From: Centroscyllium fabricii
Lineage: Eukaryota
Length of the DNA stretch: 64,000 nt
Direction: 5' to 3'
Assembly: GCA_051313645.2 (NCBI GenBank)
Contig: JBNRSN020000016.1
Location: 64,790,001-64,854,000, forward strand
Under the pieces are notes generated by a model. It was not told where the DNA came from, searched no databases, and saw nothing but the letters and a program-made list of their open reading frames with translations. Position 1 is the stretch's first letter. The number at the start of each line of letters is the position of its first letter. A program made the position numbers and the translations under genes. Positions 46,401-60,289 of the stretch are shown here, one piece after another.

Positions 46401-47151
46401 CCAAAATCTACTGTGGTGTTGGCATTGAACTAATGAGATTTTTAAGTTACCTTGTGATGGTTTCTGGTTTTCTTTTTTTAAATTAAAGCTGCATTATCCT
46501 TTTTGTGACATGAACAAGTTGTATTTAAAAATGGTAAAAACTCTACGGTATCTAATTTTACATACTGTTGCCTGTGTAAAATGTTTACAAAGCTTTCTTT
46601 CAGTTAAATGGACTGCATCTAAGTACATTTTAACAGTTTAAAAATAATAGCAGCATTTCCAAGTCGGTGAATACAATTTCAGTGATTTCAAATTTTTTGC
46701 ACTTTTATGAGAAGGCTTAGGTCTCTCCATCTCTGTTAGACAAAATCTTCCTTTGACCTAAAATCAAGCAGCCTAAAATCTCTTGATTTTTAAATCAGTA
46801 ATACAAGAAGCAAAGTGACCGCAAAATATCCTAGATTTTTTTGAGACATTCAGTTGTGATTTCAGTCAGGTTTGCATGGCTATGAGTGCTCTATTTATAA
46901 TCTTTGCTACTAAGCTCGAAATAGCTGGGTGTCTAATAGGGTTACCTCCCAGTTTCAGCAACACAATCTTTTCAGGCATCCTTGGTTAAGAAAGATAGTA
47001 AAGGTTTGTAAATTAGATTTTAAGTTAAAGCACAGCGATACTGCAGCTTTAAATTTAAAAATTGCGGACTTGTTTCTAGGTGCAGAGAAGGTTCTGAGTG
47101 AAGGTTGCCTTCAGACAGTGTTGTCATATGAAACCTGTTGCAGGTGTCTAT

Positions 47152-47875
47152 GGGGGAAAAATTGGGTTGCACCCCGTTTGGGGTGCTAACCTCGGCGGGG
47201 CGCTACTTCTAGCGCACTGAAAACGTTCGCGCCGGTCTGCCGGAAATTGGGTTTTAGCGCCCCAAGTAGGAGGTGGGGCACTACTGCAGGTGCCTCACCT
47301 CATTCTTTGGGCGCTACCACTCAATTTCGGGCGACTGCTTGCTGCAGCGCCACGCTCTGCAGAGTGCCGCACCGCGGTACTGCAGGCCTCGCTCCCCTTC
47401 TTAAAGGGGAGTGGCCTAGCGTGGCCTGGAGCCCCGTTGGCCCGCTGGGACTCGGAATGCCGCCAAAGGAGCCTGGCACTCGAGGGAAGTGCCGGGCTCA
47501 CGCAGTACAGCCAGCACTCCGAGAGGGGGGGCATCAGGGATGGCCAAGGCCGGCAGAGGGGGCAGGTGCTGGCAGTTGGCCAGCAAGAAAAATGGCCGCC
47601 CGGCAAACCCCCCCCTTAAATAGTGCTGCCCTGGCTGCAAGTACGCCCCCCTGACCCTGTCAGTGACGGCGTCCGGCGGTACGGCAGCAGGCGCGACTGA
47701 AGTTTGCGGCCGGGACGCTGCACACACCGATGACGTCATCGCCGGCAGTGCGGCGCCACGGGGCGCCCTGCTGAATATCGCAGGAGGCGCCAGCCCAGGC
47801 GCTAGGTGCCTTGCGCCCCATTAGCAGCCCTCTTCGGGCGCTAACGGCTGGCGCAAGCAACCGAATTTTTCCCCC
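47152..47875. mobile_element. GC-rich PIF/Harbinger-like MITE
   Basis: 19-bp TIR gggggaaaaattgggttgc / gcaaccgaatttttccccc (1 mismatch); flanks tat / tgt. Confidence 0.8.
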
Positions 47876-49809
47876 TGTATGTCTTTATGCTGCAGTGAGT
47901 CAATCTGGCTTTTACTTGTGCACACACATTTCCTGGATAAATACCCTCTGAATTATAGTGACGATGAGAACTTGGCTATTTCATACTTAATTTGCATGTT
48001 TATAAAAACTTTTTTTCTGAAATTTGTTTTCCATGGTTATCTGTCAGGGAATCTGTCGGTCTGCTCAGAGGATTAGACACATGTGCTTTGTCTATTGAAG
48101 GATATCTTTCCTGCTTGCTGAAATATATTTCATTCGATTGTAATACATTTATGGGAGGGAGGAAATTGATGAGCAGTGGTACTTACAAAGGAAATGCTGA
48201 CTCGTAGGTTTTGTCTGCTTGAAATGATTTCAAACAAATGCATATTTATAAATGCTGAGTTACAGAAGTTGAGGATATTTTGACTAGGCTTTATTATATT
48301 TCAAAAGTGTTTAAGTCAAACTTATCTGTAAATTCTAAGTGGGCATGCGACAGTATAATTCTGCTTGACCAATATTAGATTTCAGATTCAGTTATAGGCA
48401 ACCTCTTCAGATTTGTTTTTTTAAATGAACATTTATTTAGGCGCTGTTTCATTTCTAATGCATTTGCCAATGTCGTTATTTTTATTGGCTGCCTGGGAGG
48501 ATATGTGATTGCAGCCTCTAACCTCTGAGAACAGCTGCTGATGCTAGGTGCTTCCCACCGCCCGTGGCTGAGATTGTGAGCTTGGCATTAGTGAATCTCG
48601 GGTGCAAACTTGTGTCCTCCCATCAATATCTGCTTTAAACCAAAAATATCATTTGAATAGGGAACTTTGGATTTTTTTCTACGTTTTTCCCACTTCATGC
48701 CTCTTACACCAGTCAGCGTCTGTTCTCTGGCCTCTGTTGCTCTTAGACTAGCAATTAACATATATATGAAAGCAGCAGCAGCAGGAGCTTAATTGCCCAC
48801 ATATTGTCCCTCCCTTGGATCAGCGTCCCCAGAATGCCCGGCCAAGAGCGCACATATCAAAATTTGGAATTGACTTGGAACTGCACACTGCCACAATGTG
48901 GTGCTGTTCATTACTGCAATTGATATAACTAAACTAAATGCTGTTTTAATTTCAATTTGGTTGTGTTGTGAAGCTGGCAGGAATATTTGATTTGGAGTCT
49001 TGGGGGTCACCGGCAGTTAGGTTGGTGAAATGCCAGAGAGCCATTAGTGAATTGGAGTTAAGAGTTGGTTGAGGCTAGAGCGAGAATGACTGGGACTGGT
49101 GCAAAGGGCCGACAGAGAACACTTTGAATAGTCAGAAGTGATGGGAATATGCCAAGGAAAGATAAGGTGAACAAAATCCACATGAAATTCACAGAAAGTG
49201 CTTGGACATTACAATGCCAAACTAGCTCATCTCTAGAGGAAAGATATGGCAAGGCTGTACTTGATCAGAATAAAGTAGGATCATCAGATCAGACAGGAAA
49301 AGGTGCAGAATGCTTTACTAAGAATGAATGATGGCATTGGCCAAAAATCACAGATTCTAGTGTATTGAGCTGTTTTCATGATCAGCTTGGGTAAAGGTCG
49401 AAGTCCCACAGCCGCAAGAAAATTTGTCAACACATTCATTTTGGTATCGCCCAAGAAATTTAAACAGAGGGCTAAAAATAAAACTTTAAAATCCCTATCT
49501 GCTATATCGCTGATTCAGAGTTGGATTTTTCTGTAGTTAGCCAAGTACTGTCACCCTTAATGATGAGTGCTAGTGATGTCTCATTAGTGCAAAGATTTAG
49601 CCAGAGTACCATGCTGCCATCTTTTTGGTAGCCTGCCAACATTCTTAGTGTGTCAAAAATACCAATGAAGTATAAAAGGGTGGGTAGTGTTACACGTCCT
49701 GCTTCATTGCCAAGGACCTCAATATAACCGTAGCAGAACCACCCCTGCTGTTCTGACTGAATGCTGCTGTTTTTCTTTACAGTTTAAAATTTGTAGAGTA
49801 ACTCTCTAA

Positions 49810-52800
49810 CAACTGGCCCTCCATTCACCATGACATTTCTGCAGCTACCAATCTACTCAATCACACCCTCACCTCCACCCTTGATGCACTTGTCCTGCTC
49901 TCTCACCCTGGTCGTTCCCCCAGTGTGTCCCCCATCTCTGCTCCCTTAAGTCCAAGGGACACAGATTAAATGTTTACGGAGGACAACTGCTTTAGCCATT
50001 CAGCGCCAGATCTGGCTGGACCACTTAAAGCATATTGGGTCCTACTCTCCTCTGTCAAAACTGCTGTCTGTTCCAGGATCAACCTGAAATGCAAAAATAA
50101 CCCCCGACTTCTCTTCTCCACTGTAAACCGTCTTCTTAAACCCCGCTCCCCTACCTCCTCCACCCTCACCAGCGAGTGCAAGGAGCTCGTGGACTTCTTT
50201 GTCACTAAAATTGAGACCAGGCTTTCAGCTACCTATGCCGCTTCCCTCCCTTCCCCTTGCACAGCAAGCCAAACTTCCCCTAAGGTTCCCTCCTGCCTGA
50301 GCCCTCAGCTTGTATCTTTCTCTCTTTTCTCTATCTCCTTCAGCCCTCTCCCAGCTCATCTTGTCCATGAGACCTTCCTCCTGCTCCCTCAACCCTATTC
50401 CCACCAAACTGTTGACCGCCCAACACCCTGGCCCCCCTATAATAGCTGGTATTGTTAATGTTCCCGCTCCTCAGGTACTCTTCCCCCCTCCCCTTCAAAT
50501 CTGCCATCATCACCCCTCCTCAAAGAATCCACTCTTGACCCCTCCTCCCTTGCAAAATACCATCCGATCTCCAACCTCCCTTTCCTGTCAAGTCCTTGAA
50601 CGCGTTGTCGCCTCCCAAATCCATGCCCATCTTTACTGCAACTCCATGTTTGCACCCCTCCAATCAGGTTTCTGCCCCCTTATCAAGGTCACAAATGACA
50701 TTCTGTGTGACTGTAATTGTGGTAAACTGTCCCTCCTCATCCTTCTTGACTTGGCTGCAACCTTTGACATGGGTGAGCATACCATCCTCCTCCAACTCCT
50801 CTCTGTTGTCCAGCTGCGTGGGACTGCCCTCGCCTGGTTCCATTCCTATCCAGTCATAGCCAGAAAATCATCTGCAGTGGCTTCCAGTCCTGCTCTTGCA
50901 CCATTACCTCTGGATTCCCCCAAGGATCTATCCTTGGCCCCCTCCTATTGCTCATCTACATTCTTCCCCTCAACGACATCATGCGAAAATACGTCCGGTT
51001 CCACATGTATGCTGACGACACCCAGCTCTACCTCATCACCAGCTCTCTTGATCCCTCCACTACCTCAAATTTGTCACGCTGGGACAGTGGGACAAGCAGC
51101 GTAAGAATAGCAGAAATGTCCTCCAATTAAGTATGGGCAAGACCAAAGCCTTTGAGCATAATTTTCCTCGGGCCGTGAGGCGAGTTTCCGGGCAGGACGG
51201 CAGCGAAAATAGCCGAAATGGGGGTCCGCAACCCCTCTTGCCGCCATTTCACCCGGCGGGTCCGATCGGCCCGCCTCAGTCCCGCCCGGCATCGGTGGGG
51301 ATGCTCGTTAAGCTCATTAGGGGCTCGTAATTGGCATCAGTAATGCCAATTAATACCCTCTTCCCACCCAAAACCCGCCTGGTGGGAACACCGCTGTTGA
51401 AAGCTGGCGGGCACCCAATTGGCTGGGTGACTGCCACCCAATTGGCTGGGTGACTGCCACCTTCAAGGCATGGGTACAGCAGCTTGGTAGCCTCCACCAT
51501 GCTGGAGGTGGGTGCCAAACTTCAGTGCCCAAAGAACTTAAATTCACTTACCTGCAGATGCGTCCCACTCATTCACAGACATCGCGCTGCGAGCTGTGTC
51601 TGTGCAGCCAGCTGTCAATCACCCAGGGGATCAGTTTCTGTTTACATTCCACTGAAACCATGAATAAACAGCCAGCCTAGTTAAAGCTGTCACTCTTAGA
51701 TTTGTGGTTTCATCTGTTTACATAGCATGATGACATCATAATGCTCTGCAACCACAGAAAGAGAAACAACTGCCAATCATTGGCTCGGAGTCACAATGCC
51801 TTCTGTCAACATTGAAAGAAAACAACCACTTCAGAACTGTCAATCAGGCTTTGTGGTTTCTGAGCTATTGACACTGCATTATGAATCGCAATGGCCTGCT
51901 TCTGCATAGAAACTGACCAAGCTCTTCAGGCCTGTCAATCAAAAGCCCGCTGGTGCTGCACAAACTGGAACCGCGCCCCACGCTTCCTGACTGCAAAGTG
52001 TGTATTGGAAACGGCTCTGCCAAGCGGGGATTTAATTGCTCAAAGCCCTTGAGCGGACGGGTCAGAAACCTGACCCGCCCAAAACCCACCAAATCGCCAC
52101 ATCTTGAGGAAAATCCTGCCCAGTGTCTTCGGTCCCTGCCACAGACTCTGATCCCTAGCCATCAACTCTGTCCCTGGCCACTGTCTGAGGCTAAATTAGA
52201 CTGTTCACAACCTTGGCATCCTATTTTTTCCTTAAATGAGTTTCCAACCACACATCATCTCCATCTCCAAGACCACCTACTTCCACCTCCATAAAATAGT
52301 CCATCTCCGCCCCTACCTCAGCTCATCGGCTGCTGAAACGCTTATCTTTGCCTTTGTTACCTCTGGACTTGACTAGTCCAGTGGTCTACTAACCGGCCTA
52401 TCTCCTTGCACTTTCTATAACGTTGAGTTCATCCAAAACTCTGCTGACCATATTGTAACTTGCACCAAGTTCTGTTCAACCATCACCCCTGTGCTCACTG
52501 ACCTACATTGGCTCCTGGTCTGGCAATGCCTCAATTTTAAAATTCTCATCCTTGTTTTCAAATCCCTCCATGGCCTTACCCCTCCCTATCTCTGTAATCT
52601 CCTCCAGCAGTACAAAACGCTGAGATCTCTGTGCTCCTCCATTCTGGCCTCTTGCACATCCCTAATTTTGCTCCACCATTGGCGGTCGTGTCTTCAGCTG
52701 CCACGGCCCTAAGCTCTGGAATTCCCTCCCTAAACCTCTCCGCCTCACTACCCCTCTCTCCTCCTCTGAGATGCTCCTTAAAACTACCTGTCCTAATATT

Positions 52801-52905
52801 TCTTTATGTGGCTCGGTGTCAAATGTTGTTTGATAATCGCTCCTGTGAAGCGCCTTGGGACGTTTTACTATGTTAAAGGCGCTAAATAAATGCAAGCTTT
52901 TGTTG
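49810..52905 (+). mobile_element. L2 LINE (ORF2 remnant + 3' tail) interrupted by a MITE
   Basis: [51 protein letters not shown]; tail tgtgaagcgccttgggacgttttac. Confidence 0.88.
51154..52121. mobile_element. PIF/Harbinger-like MITE, copy 2
   Basis: TIR gagcataattttcctc / gaggaaaatcctgccc. Splits L2 at aagcc[att]gtcttc with flanks ttt / agt, consistent with a decayed 3-bp TSD. Internal 23-bp duplication at about 51412-51457. Confidence 0.8.
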
Positions 52906-53289
52906 TATTTAAAAATATTTTTTCAAAATATACATGCTGGGCAAGGGGCTCAGTATGTATTAGAATGGAGACTGAAGAATGATTTGGCCCAGCCATTTGC
53001 ACTATACAAATTGTTAGGATATTTAGTTCAACACTCCATGGTCAGCTCATGGCATGGGGTAAGAATAGCAGGAAAGGATTATAAGGAGCTTGGTAAATGT
53101 ATGGCTTCTTCAGCATACAGAGAGATTATAAATTCAGTATTACACTGCTTTTTTTTCCTTTCCCCCACCTCCACACCAAAGAAACAACCTCAAGACATGG
53201 AATGCTTAAAGCTGCTCTAATGGCTGTTGGAATGAGCCAGGGAAGCAAAGGCCGCCCAATGAATGTGTGCACAAATGTGCCTCCTGACA

Positions 53290-53650
53290 CAGCACTACCC
53301 ATGTAGACCATTTCAGGTTCCAAATTTGATCCCAGGTGTAAGCTGAATAAATTGGTCCCAATTAGGCTGGTGGTGGGGTGTGCTACAATTGGTCTCTGTC
53401 CTAAGCTAAGAAAGGAAACATTTGTCCTGGGATTCTCACTTCTGATCACCCTCCAACCACTCTTGCTGTCATATGGCGACAGAATCTGGTTTGGTTACGA
53501 CGGAGCTTTACCCTGTCCCCAGAGTCAAATCTCCTAAATGAAGAATAGCCATTTGAACAAGGTATTGGAGGGCTACAAGCAAAAGGAATGGTATTCCAGC
53601 ATATTGCATCATCTGCAGAAGAAAGTTGAGGCAAAAAAAAATTAAAAATC
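53290..53650 (+). mobile_element. Ancient SINE-like repeat (same family as 26575)
   Basis: tgctacaattggtctc, tgaagaatagccatttgaacaaggta. Confidence 0.5.
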
Positions 53651-56600
53651 AGAGTGGGGAGAAGAACTTAAAGCTTGTGCATATAATTAATGATACCTTT
53701 ATATCTACCTTTTGTTTTAAATTTGCACAATGTGTCTAATTCCATGAGTCTGTAACAAATATAACACAATTGGACCAAATCAAATGGATTTGGCTTCGAA
53801 AACTTGGAAATGGCCCTGCAGTACAAAATACAGCAATGCGATAATGCAATAATGCAATTTGGAGTTGAATACCATCTGGCAGTGATGTGATTTTGCAGGC
53901 AGAGGCATATATATAAATTCAAGACCTTGTGAATGCCAACCACTAAAATCTTTATTACAAATATTTCTTGGTAATGAATTAAGCTTTTGTTTTCATTACT
54001 GATTGTGAGCACTGAGATTTTTATTATGTAGATATTATGTATAGGACTGCAAGCACTGAATGATGTATCTAGCATGACCCTTGACCTGTGCAGGATATCA
54101 CTCTGTCTGGCATGTGGTGAACTTTCTGGGTACTATGGGTATGGAATAATTTAAATTTCTATGTACAAAAGATGAAGTATTTTATTTATTTGATTGGGTA
54201 GACATGATTTAAGTAAATGCACATAATTTGAGGTCCGCTGGAAAAAACCACAAACTTCAACTGAGCCCTTCAGTTGTAGTTTTCTTGTAACTATATTTAC
54301 CTGTCTATCCACAGTAATTACAACCGATGAGATAAATCTGTACACGTACAAATATTTTCACCTGCATGGTGCAGTAAGTTTGATGTTTTTGATGAGTCTT
54401 AAATATGCACAGAGAGTAATTTTGATGACACGAGAGACTGCAGCCTGAAGTATTTCACACTAACATGGACACTGATGACATCAAAATATCAAAAGTTTAT
54501 TTTCAAGAAATGTCCCATTATAGTACACAGGTAGAAACAAAACCTTGAGGTTTATAAAACAAACTAAACAATGATTAATTTGAATAGAATATAATGAGAC
54601 AGCATATCCCAAAATTCACTGTAAATACAAAGTGCACAAAATGCAATTAAATTTCTAATTTTTTATGCAGCAAATCCTATTGTATCCGAGAAGACTAATT
54701 TGTACATATTGCAGCATATTCATATGAATGATACTGAATATGTCCATATAATTATATATTGATTATTGATTTATAAGGTACAGTATTAAATAGTATATCA
54801 TACAAGCAAACTTTCTCCTGTACAAACAAAGCAGGAAGGCAGCACATGTCATTCACAATTTTAAAATAAGCATATATATATATTCCTTTATTGTACTATA
54901 AAGTTGAATGGTACAATGGCACTGGAATTCAGTGAAGGACTAATGATTTCAAAGTGTATTCTTTTGTCGTTCAAGCAACTTTTAGGTTGGAAGAAAGCCT
55001 CATTCAGTCTGAGGCTTTGTTCACCAATGCTGGCTCCAAAGGCAATTATTTTAACCTTTGTTCCTTCATGATAACTTTACCTGAACCTGATGGATGTTTC
55101 TCTCATCCAGATCGTGTAAACTTTAAATTAGGTTCCTCTTGTTAATCAGGTTTTTAGTTCCATTCTTAGTGGGATACTGATTTGGAAACTTTTGCCATCA
55201 GAGTATTGTGCATATAAAAAGTGAGTGAAAAATGTGCAAAATGTCAAGTTTGATTTTGCAGTGAAGGATGAAAGGTTGAGAAATAGCCTTTGTCCTGCCC
55301 TAATTTTCACTGTGTGATGAAATTTGCACCATTCTGCTTGATCAAATTTTCTGTACAAACTGTGAAAGGAAAAACAAATAACTCCTAGGAGTGGTGAAAT
55401 TAATTGTGATTTAGTCACACAAATTTACTAATCTTCTCTGAGAGAATGTAGCCAATTCAAAAGCATTTTATTGTAAATACAGCCGCACTTTCATCTATCT
55501 TAATAACTGTTAAAACGTTTTCATTAAAAAGTGCTTCTTTTTGTTGACCTGTATATTTCTGGTTTTGAGAAAACTTGGAATTGACAGTACCTTGGTGAAC
55601 TTTTCCAGTTAAGACAATCAAATTGGGTAAGAGAGTATGTTCTCCTTTTACAAGGAAGACTTCTCAAGATTATTTATGATAGAATTACATCACTCTTCAG
55701 ACTATACTTTATAGATATCCCAACTAAAATAGTGCTGACATAATTACCCATTAAATGACATCCTTTGTAAGCTCAGTTTTTTAATGACATTTTATGTTCT
55801 GCTAAAGTTTGGTGACTTTGCCGAGCTCCCCGAGGGTAGAGTTGTGTTGTAATGTGGAGGATAGAAATGCTACTAGTTACAAAGTAAATATGAGAGGGAC
55901 GACATGTTGGGGGCATACACAATGGCACCACCAATAACTAATCTAGAAAAACCAAGGGCCAAAAGTTGATATGGGGAAGATTCCATCATGTAGCACATCA
56001 ACAATCCAAACAATTTGGGGTGGAAATTGAATATTCCAGAAAGTAATCATTTTAAAACTTCTGATTTGTTTAGGACAACTTGAAAATATTCAGTAGGAAA
56101 ATGTGTTTTTAAATAGCCGATTTAGTTTTCTCAAAATTGAATGCCATCATATCAAGCTCTTGCAACAGTATATATTTCCATATTTTGCAAAAATGGAACG
56201 GATGTCTGCAATTTACATTTCCTAAAGAAAATGTCTCCCACCAAGAATGCTGAAAATGTGTACAGAGCAAAAAATGTAGTATCTGAAGGAGCCAACAAAA
56301 GTGAGATTTAAAAAGAAATTTAAATTAACTCTGGAAAAATGTGTTTTTCCCCACAACCTTTTTTTCTACACTAAGTATATTTCAATACAATTTGAGGACA
56401 ATTGTTAAATTAACCTCTCGAACAAAACTGATGGCTCCCGGTAATTATGAAGTAATTTGCAAGGGGCATTCATGTAAGGAGGAAACTTAATGGTGTTTGT
56501 AATTGACTGACTTTTGATGAACAAGAGGAGTGAAGCAAATTTTGTAAATTAACTTTTTTGCAGGTACAGAACAACTAACAATTATATTGCTGTTAATGAA

Positions 56601-56852
56601 ATAGCTGTAACCAGATGTTAAATTAAATTTACTTCATTTTTATTTCCACTGTACATCACTGATGCCTCTAACCTACCCACCTGATTTTGCTGCACCTGGG
56701 TGTGTCCTAATGCTGTGGAGGAAGTTTATCAACTGCTAAGTTTTACTATGTTACAGGTGCTATATAAATGCAAGTTGTTGTTGTGGTACAATAGTCAACA
56801 ATGTACATTAAACATACGCTATGCTCACTGGAGCTTCACATTGAAAATCAGA

Positions 56853-57683
56853 GGGGTCAACTTTCCTGGAGCAGACCGGCTGCTTTTTCGGCGGCCGGGG
56901 AGGGGAAAAATCGCAAAAACGGGGGGGTCGAGACCCCTCCCGCCAGTTTCCCACCAGCTTGTCAGTTTCAGCGCGGAGGGTCCGATCGGCCCGCTTCAGT
57001 CCCACCCGGCATCGGCGGGGATGGTCGTTAGGCTCATTAGGGACCCTTAATTGGCATGTATAATACCATTTTAAGGGCCCCTTGCAACTTCAGCCTTTTC
57101 CCACACAAAACCCACCAGCTGGAAACCCCACCGGTGAAATCTAGCGGGGTCACATTCGGCTTGCTGACTTTCACCTTCAAGGCATTGAAACACCTGTAGC
57201 AGAATGGCTTCCTGGCCTCCAGCATGCTGGAGGTCTAACTGCCTCACTAGGGTGCCCAAGATTAGTGGGGGAAAAACCTTTCAAAAACTTACCTTCTAGC
57301 TGCTTTCTAGTGATTGACAGATAGGCATTCCCTAGCTGGCAGGAGTCTGCCAGTGAAACAAACCACTTAGAGCTGTTAATCATCAACTTGCGGTTAGATT
57401 CTGTTGACCGTGGATTGTGACATCACAATCCATTGAAACAACAGAAAAAAACAGACCAGACTAGTTAGAGCTGTCAATCATGGGCTCTGGTGGTTACACA
57501 GTCGGAACCCCGCCGGCTTTCTATCTTAAATCAATCAATTGGCAGGGGCTTCCCACATGCGGGGATTTAATTGGCCAGTTGAGCTAAAATTGCATGGGGC
57601 TCCCACACCCTTCAGAAAGCGGGAAGAAAAAGTGATCAGCAGGGAACCCACCAGCTCCCCACACATTGAGGAAAATTGACCCC
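56853..57683. mobile_element. PIF/Harbinger-like MITE, copy 3
   Basis: TIR ggggtcaactttcct / aggaaaattgacccc; internal homology to copies 1 and 2. Confidence 0.8.
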
Positions 57684-58017
57684 GTGGTCTCTAAAGTATC
57701 TCAGAGCAGCCAAAGTTCAATATATCTGGCTCAAAAGTGCCTTTGTATCATTTTGGTGATATTTAGTCTTAACTTTATTTAATTGGAGATTTTTGTGGTA
57801 AAATAGGAAAAAAATGTACATGGCAGCAACTTCACTTTAAAGTGTTTTCTGTTATGTGATTTTGTTGTAAGTGGTTTGCACTATAATGGGGATGTCACCA
57901 CAGTTCACTGATTCTTTTTGGCTTTAGGCTGATGGAGCTACAGATTAACTTTACATTTTTGGCAATAGGTTTCACTCCCCGTTTTTTTTCTTAAATTTAT
58001 AGAAATTTACAGGGAAA

Positions 58018-58482
58018 ATTGTATCCAATTCTGGGCTCTGCACTTTAGGAAGGATGTGAAAGCCTTAGAGAGGGTGAATGGTTCCAGGGATGAGGGACTT
58101 TAGTTATGTGGATAGACTAGAGAAGCTGGGGTTGTTCTCCTTGGAGCAGAGAAGGTTGTGAGGAGATTTGATCGAGGTGTTCAAAATCATGAGGGGTCTG
58201 GACAGAGTAGATGGAGATTGGCAGAAGGGTCGAGAACCAGAGGACACTGATTTATGGTGACTGTCCTCCTAAGGCAACATGAGGACAAACTTTTTTACGC
58301 AGCGAGTGGTTAGGATCTGGAATGCAATGCCGGAAACGGTGGTGGAGGTAGACTCAATCGTGGCTTTCCAAAACCGGGAAAGGGCCAGGGAGTGGGACTA
58401 GCTGAAGTGCTCGTGCAGAGAACTGGCACTGGCTTGACGGGCTGAATGGCCTCCTGTGTTGTAAGCATTCTATGATTCTAAT
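58018..58482 (+). mobile_element. CR1 3' end
   Basis: aggaaggatgtgaaagccttagagaggg...ttttacgcagcgagtggttaggatctggaatgc...ttctatgattcta. Confidence 0.85.
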
Positions 58483-59074
58483 TGGGATGGGGAAGAGATT
58501 TGTAGAATGACTTTCAGGGCCATTGTTTTTTGGTCAATAAAAAATAAAGTATGCCTCGCATTAGTAAGTTTCAAAATATCCTGCTAACTTACAGGAATTA
58601 TTTTGATTGCAAATTGGACCTATTTAGCAGTTGCTTGTTTTAATATACATATCTATTTTAAAACATTCTTTTTTGTATTATTACCCACTGTGTGTATATA
58701 TCCCTCTTTCAGCTTGAAAGGCAAACAAACAGATCAGAGAATTCTCTGCAACTTAACCCCTTGCAGACTGACACCTGATGATTCGGATTTGATTTTTGAA
58801 TGATTAAAGAAAACAAATGTTAATTAAGGAACTACTGCTGGTTTTGGTGGTCTTTTAAAATATCTGGCAGTTACACAGCATCCATGAATCCTGATTGTTT
58901 TCCAGATTGTTTGATATTGGGACTGCACCAATTCGTTTATTTTTCCTCAGTTTAAACATTATCTATCAAGCAAGCCAACTAGTATCACTAATGTGTCTTA
59001 CAGTTGGTAATTGCAGACAGTGTAGTAATATGTTTTAATTAGTGGGTAATGAACATGTTTTTAAAATCAACAAC

Positions 59075-60090
59075 TAAACTTGCATTTATATCATGCTTTT
59101 AACATAGAAAAACGTCCCACGGCAGAATTGGATAAAGGGGTCACCAAGCCAAAGAAAGAGATATTATGACGGGTGACCAAAACCTTGGCTGAAGAGATGG
59201 ATTTTAAGAAGGATTTAAAAGGAAGAGGTGGAGGGGTTTAAGAAGTGAATTCAGAGTATGGGGCCAAGATGGCTGATGGCGTGGCTGCCAATGTTGGGGT
59301 GAAGGGCAGGTACAAAAGGCCAGAGTTAAATGAACAGAGACTTCTGGGAGGGTTGCGGAGGATAACGGGCAAAATACATCATGATGAAGGGTCCCAGACC
59401 TGAAAGGTTAAGTCTGTTTCTCTCTCCACAGATGCTGCCTGGCCTGCTGAGTACTTCCAGCATTTTCTATTATTTAAAATACACCATGGTCACATTCAGA
59501 GGGTGTCATTTGTGACTTTGATTCGGGCTGTTTTAACTTGCAGGGGCGTAAACAAGATTGGAGAGATTCAAACATGGAGTTAAGGGAAATATGGGCATGG
59601 ATTTGGGAGGTGACGATGATTTTGGAGAGAAGGAAGAGGTTGGATATGGGGCGATAGTTTGCAAGAATAGAGGGGTCGAAGGAGGGTTTTTGTGGAGCAT
59701 TTGATAGCGGTGGTTTTAAAAGCGGGGGACTAGTACCTGAAGAGAGGGAACTATTTACAATGTAAGCTAGAATGAGGCCCAGGAAATTGAGTGATCTGTG
59801 GTTTAGTGGGAATGGGAGTCAAGGGAGCAGGAGATGGATCTCAATGACGAGATGAGCACGGAGAGGGCATAAGGGGAGATGGGAGAGAAACTAGAGAAAA
59901 ATGTGGATTCGGGACTAGGATGGGACAGGTTTGACTTGCTGGGTAAGGGAATGGTCGGGGGTGGTGCTGGGGGTAATCAGCAGAGGCAGCTGAACATCTT
60001 GTTTTTAATCTTGGTTGTCAAAGAAGTCCATGACTTTACACTTGTTGATGGTGACGGTGGAGAGAGCAGGGGAGAGGGTTTAAGGCAAGA
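59075..60090 (-). mobile_element. L2 fragment(s), degenerate
   Basis: Tail aacttgcatttata at about 59077; similarity to the 4395-5315 copy. Confidence 0.7.
59382..59475 (+). mobile_element. Short Penelope-derived repeat truncated at the hammerhead core
   Basis: TGATGA-A-GGGTC-CCA-GACCT-GAAA; TSD aaaataca(t/c)catg at 59371-59383 and 59476-59488. Confidence 0.75.
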
Positions 60091-60289
60091 AAAGATGGGT
60101 TATCTTTCAGTGTGATATTAACATTCATTATTGTGCTAAATGAAGTACTTAAAAGTTTTGACATAGTTGAACATGCCAATCTCCTGACTTGAGTCACCAA
60201 ATCTTCTTTGCACATCCCTACTCAATATACAAATTTATGCATCATACTCATTTGCAATTGACCCAGTAAAAATCAGGCAATTACCTTAT

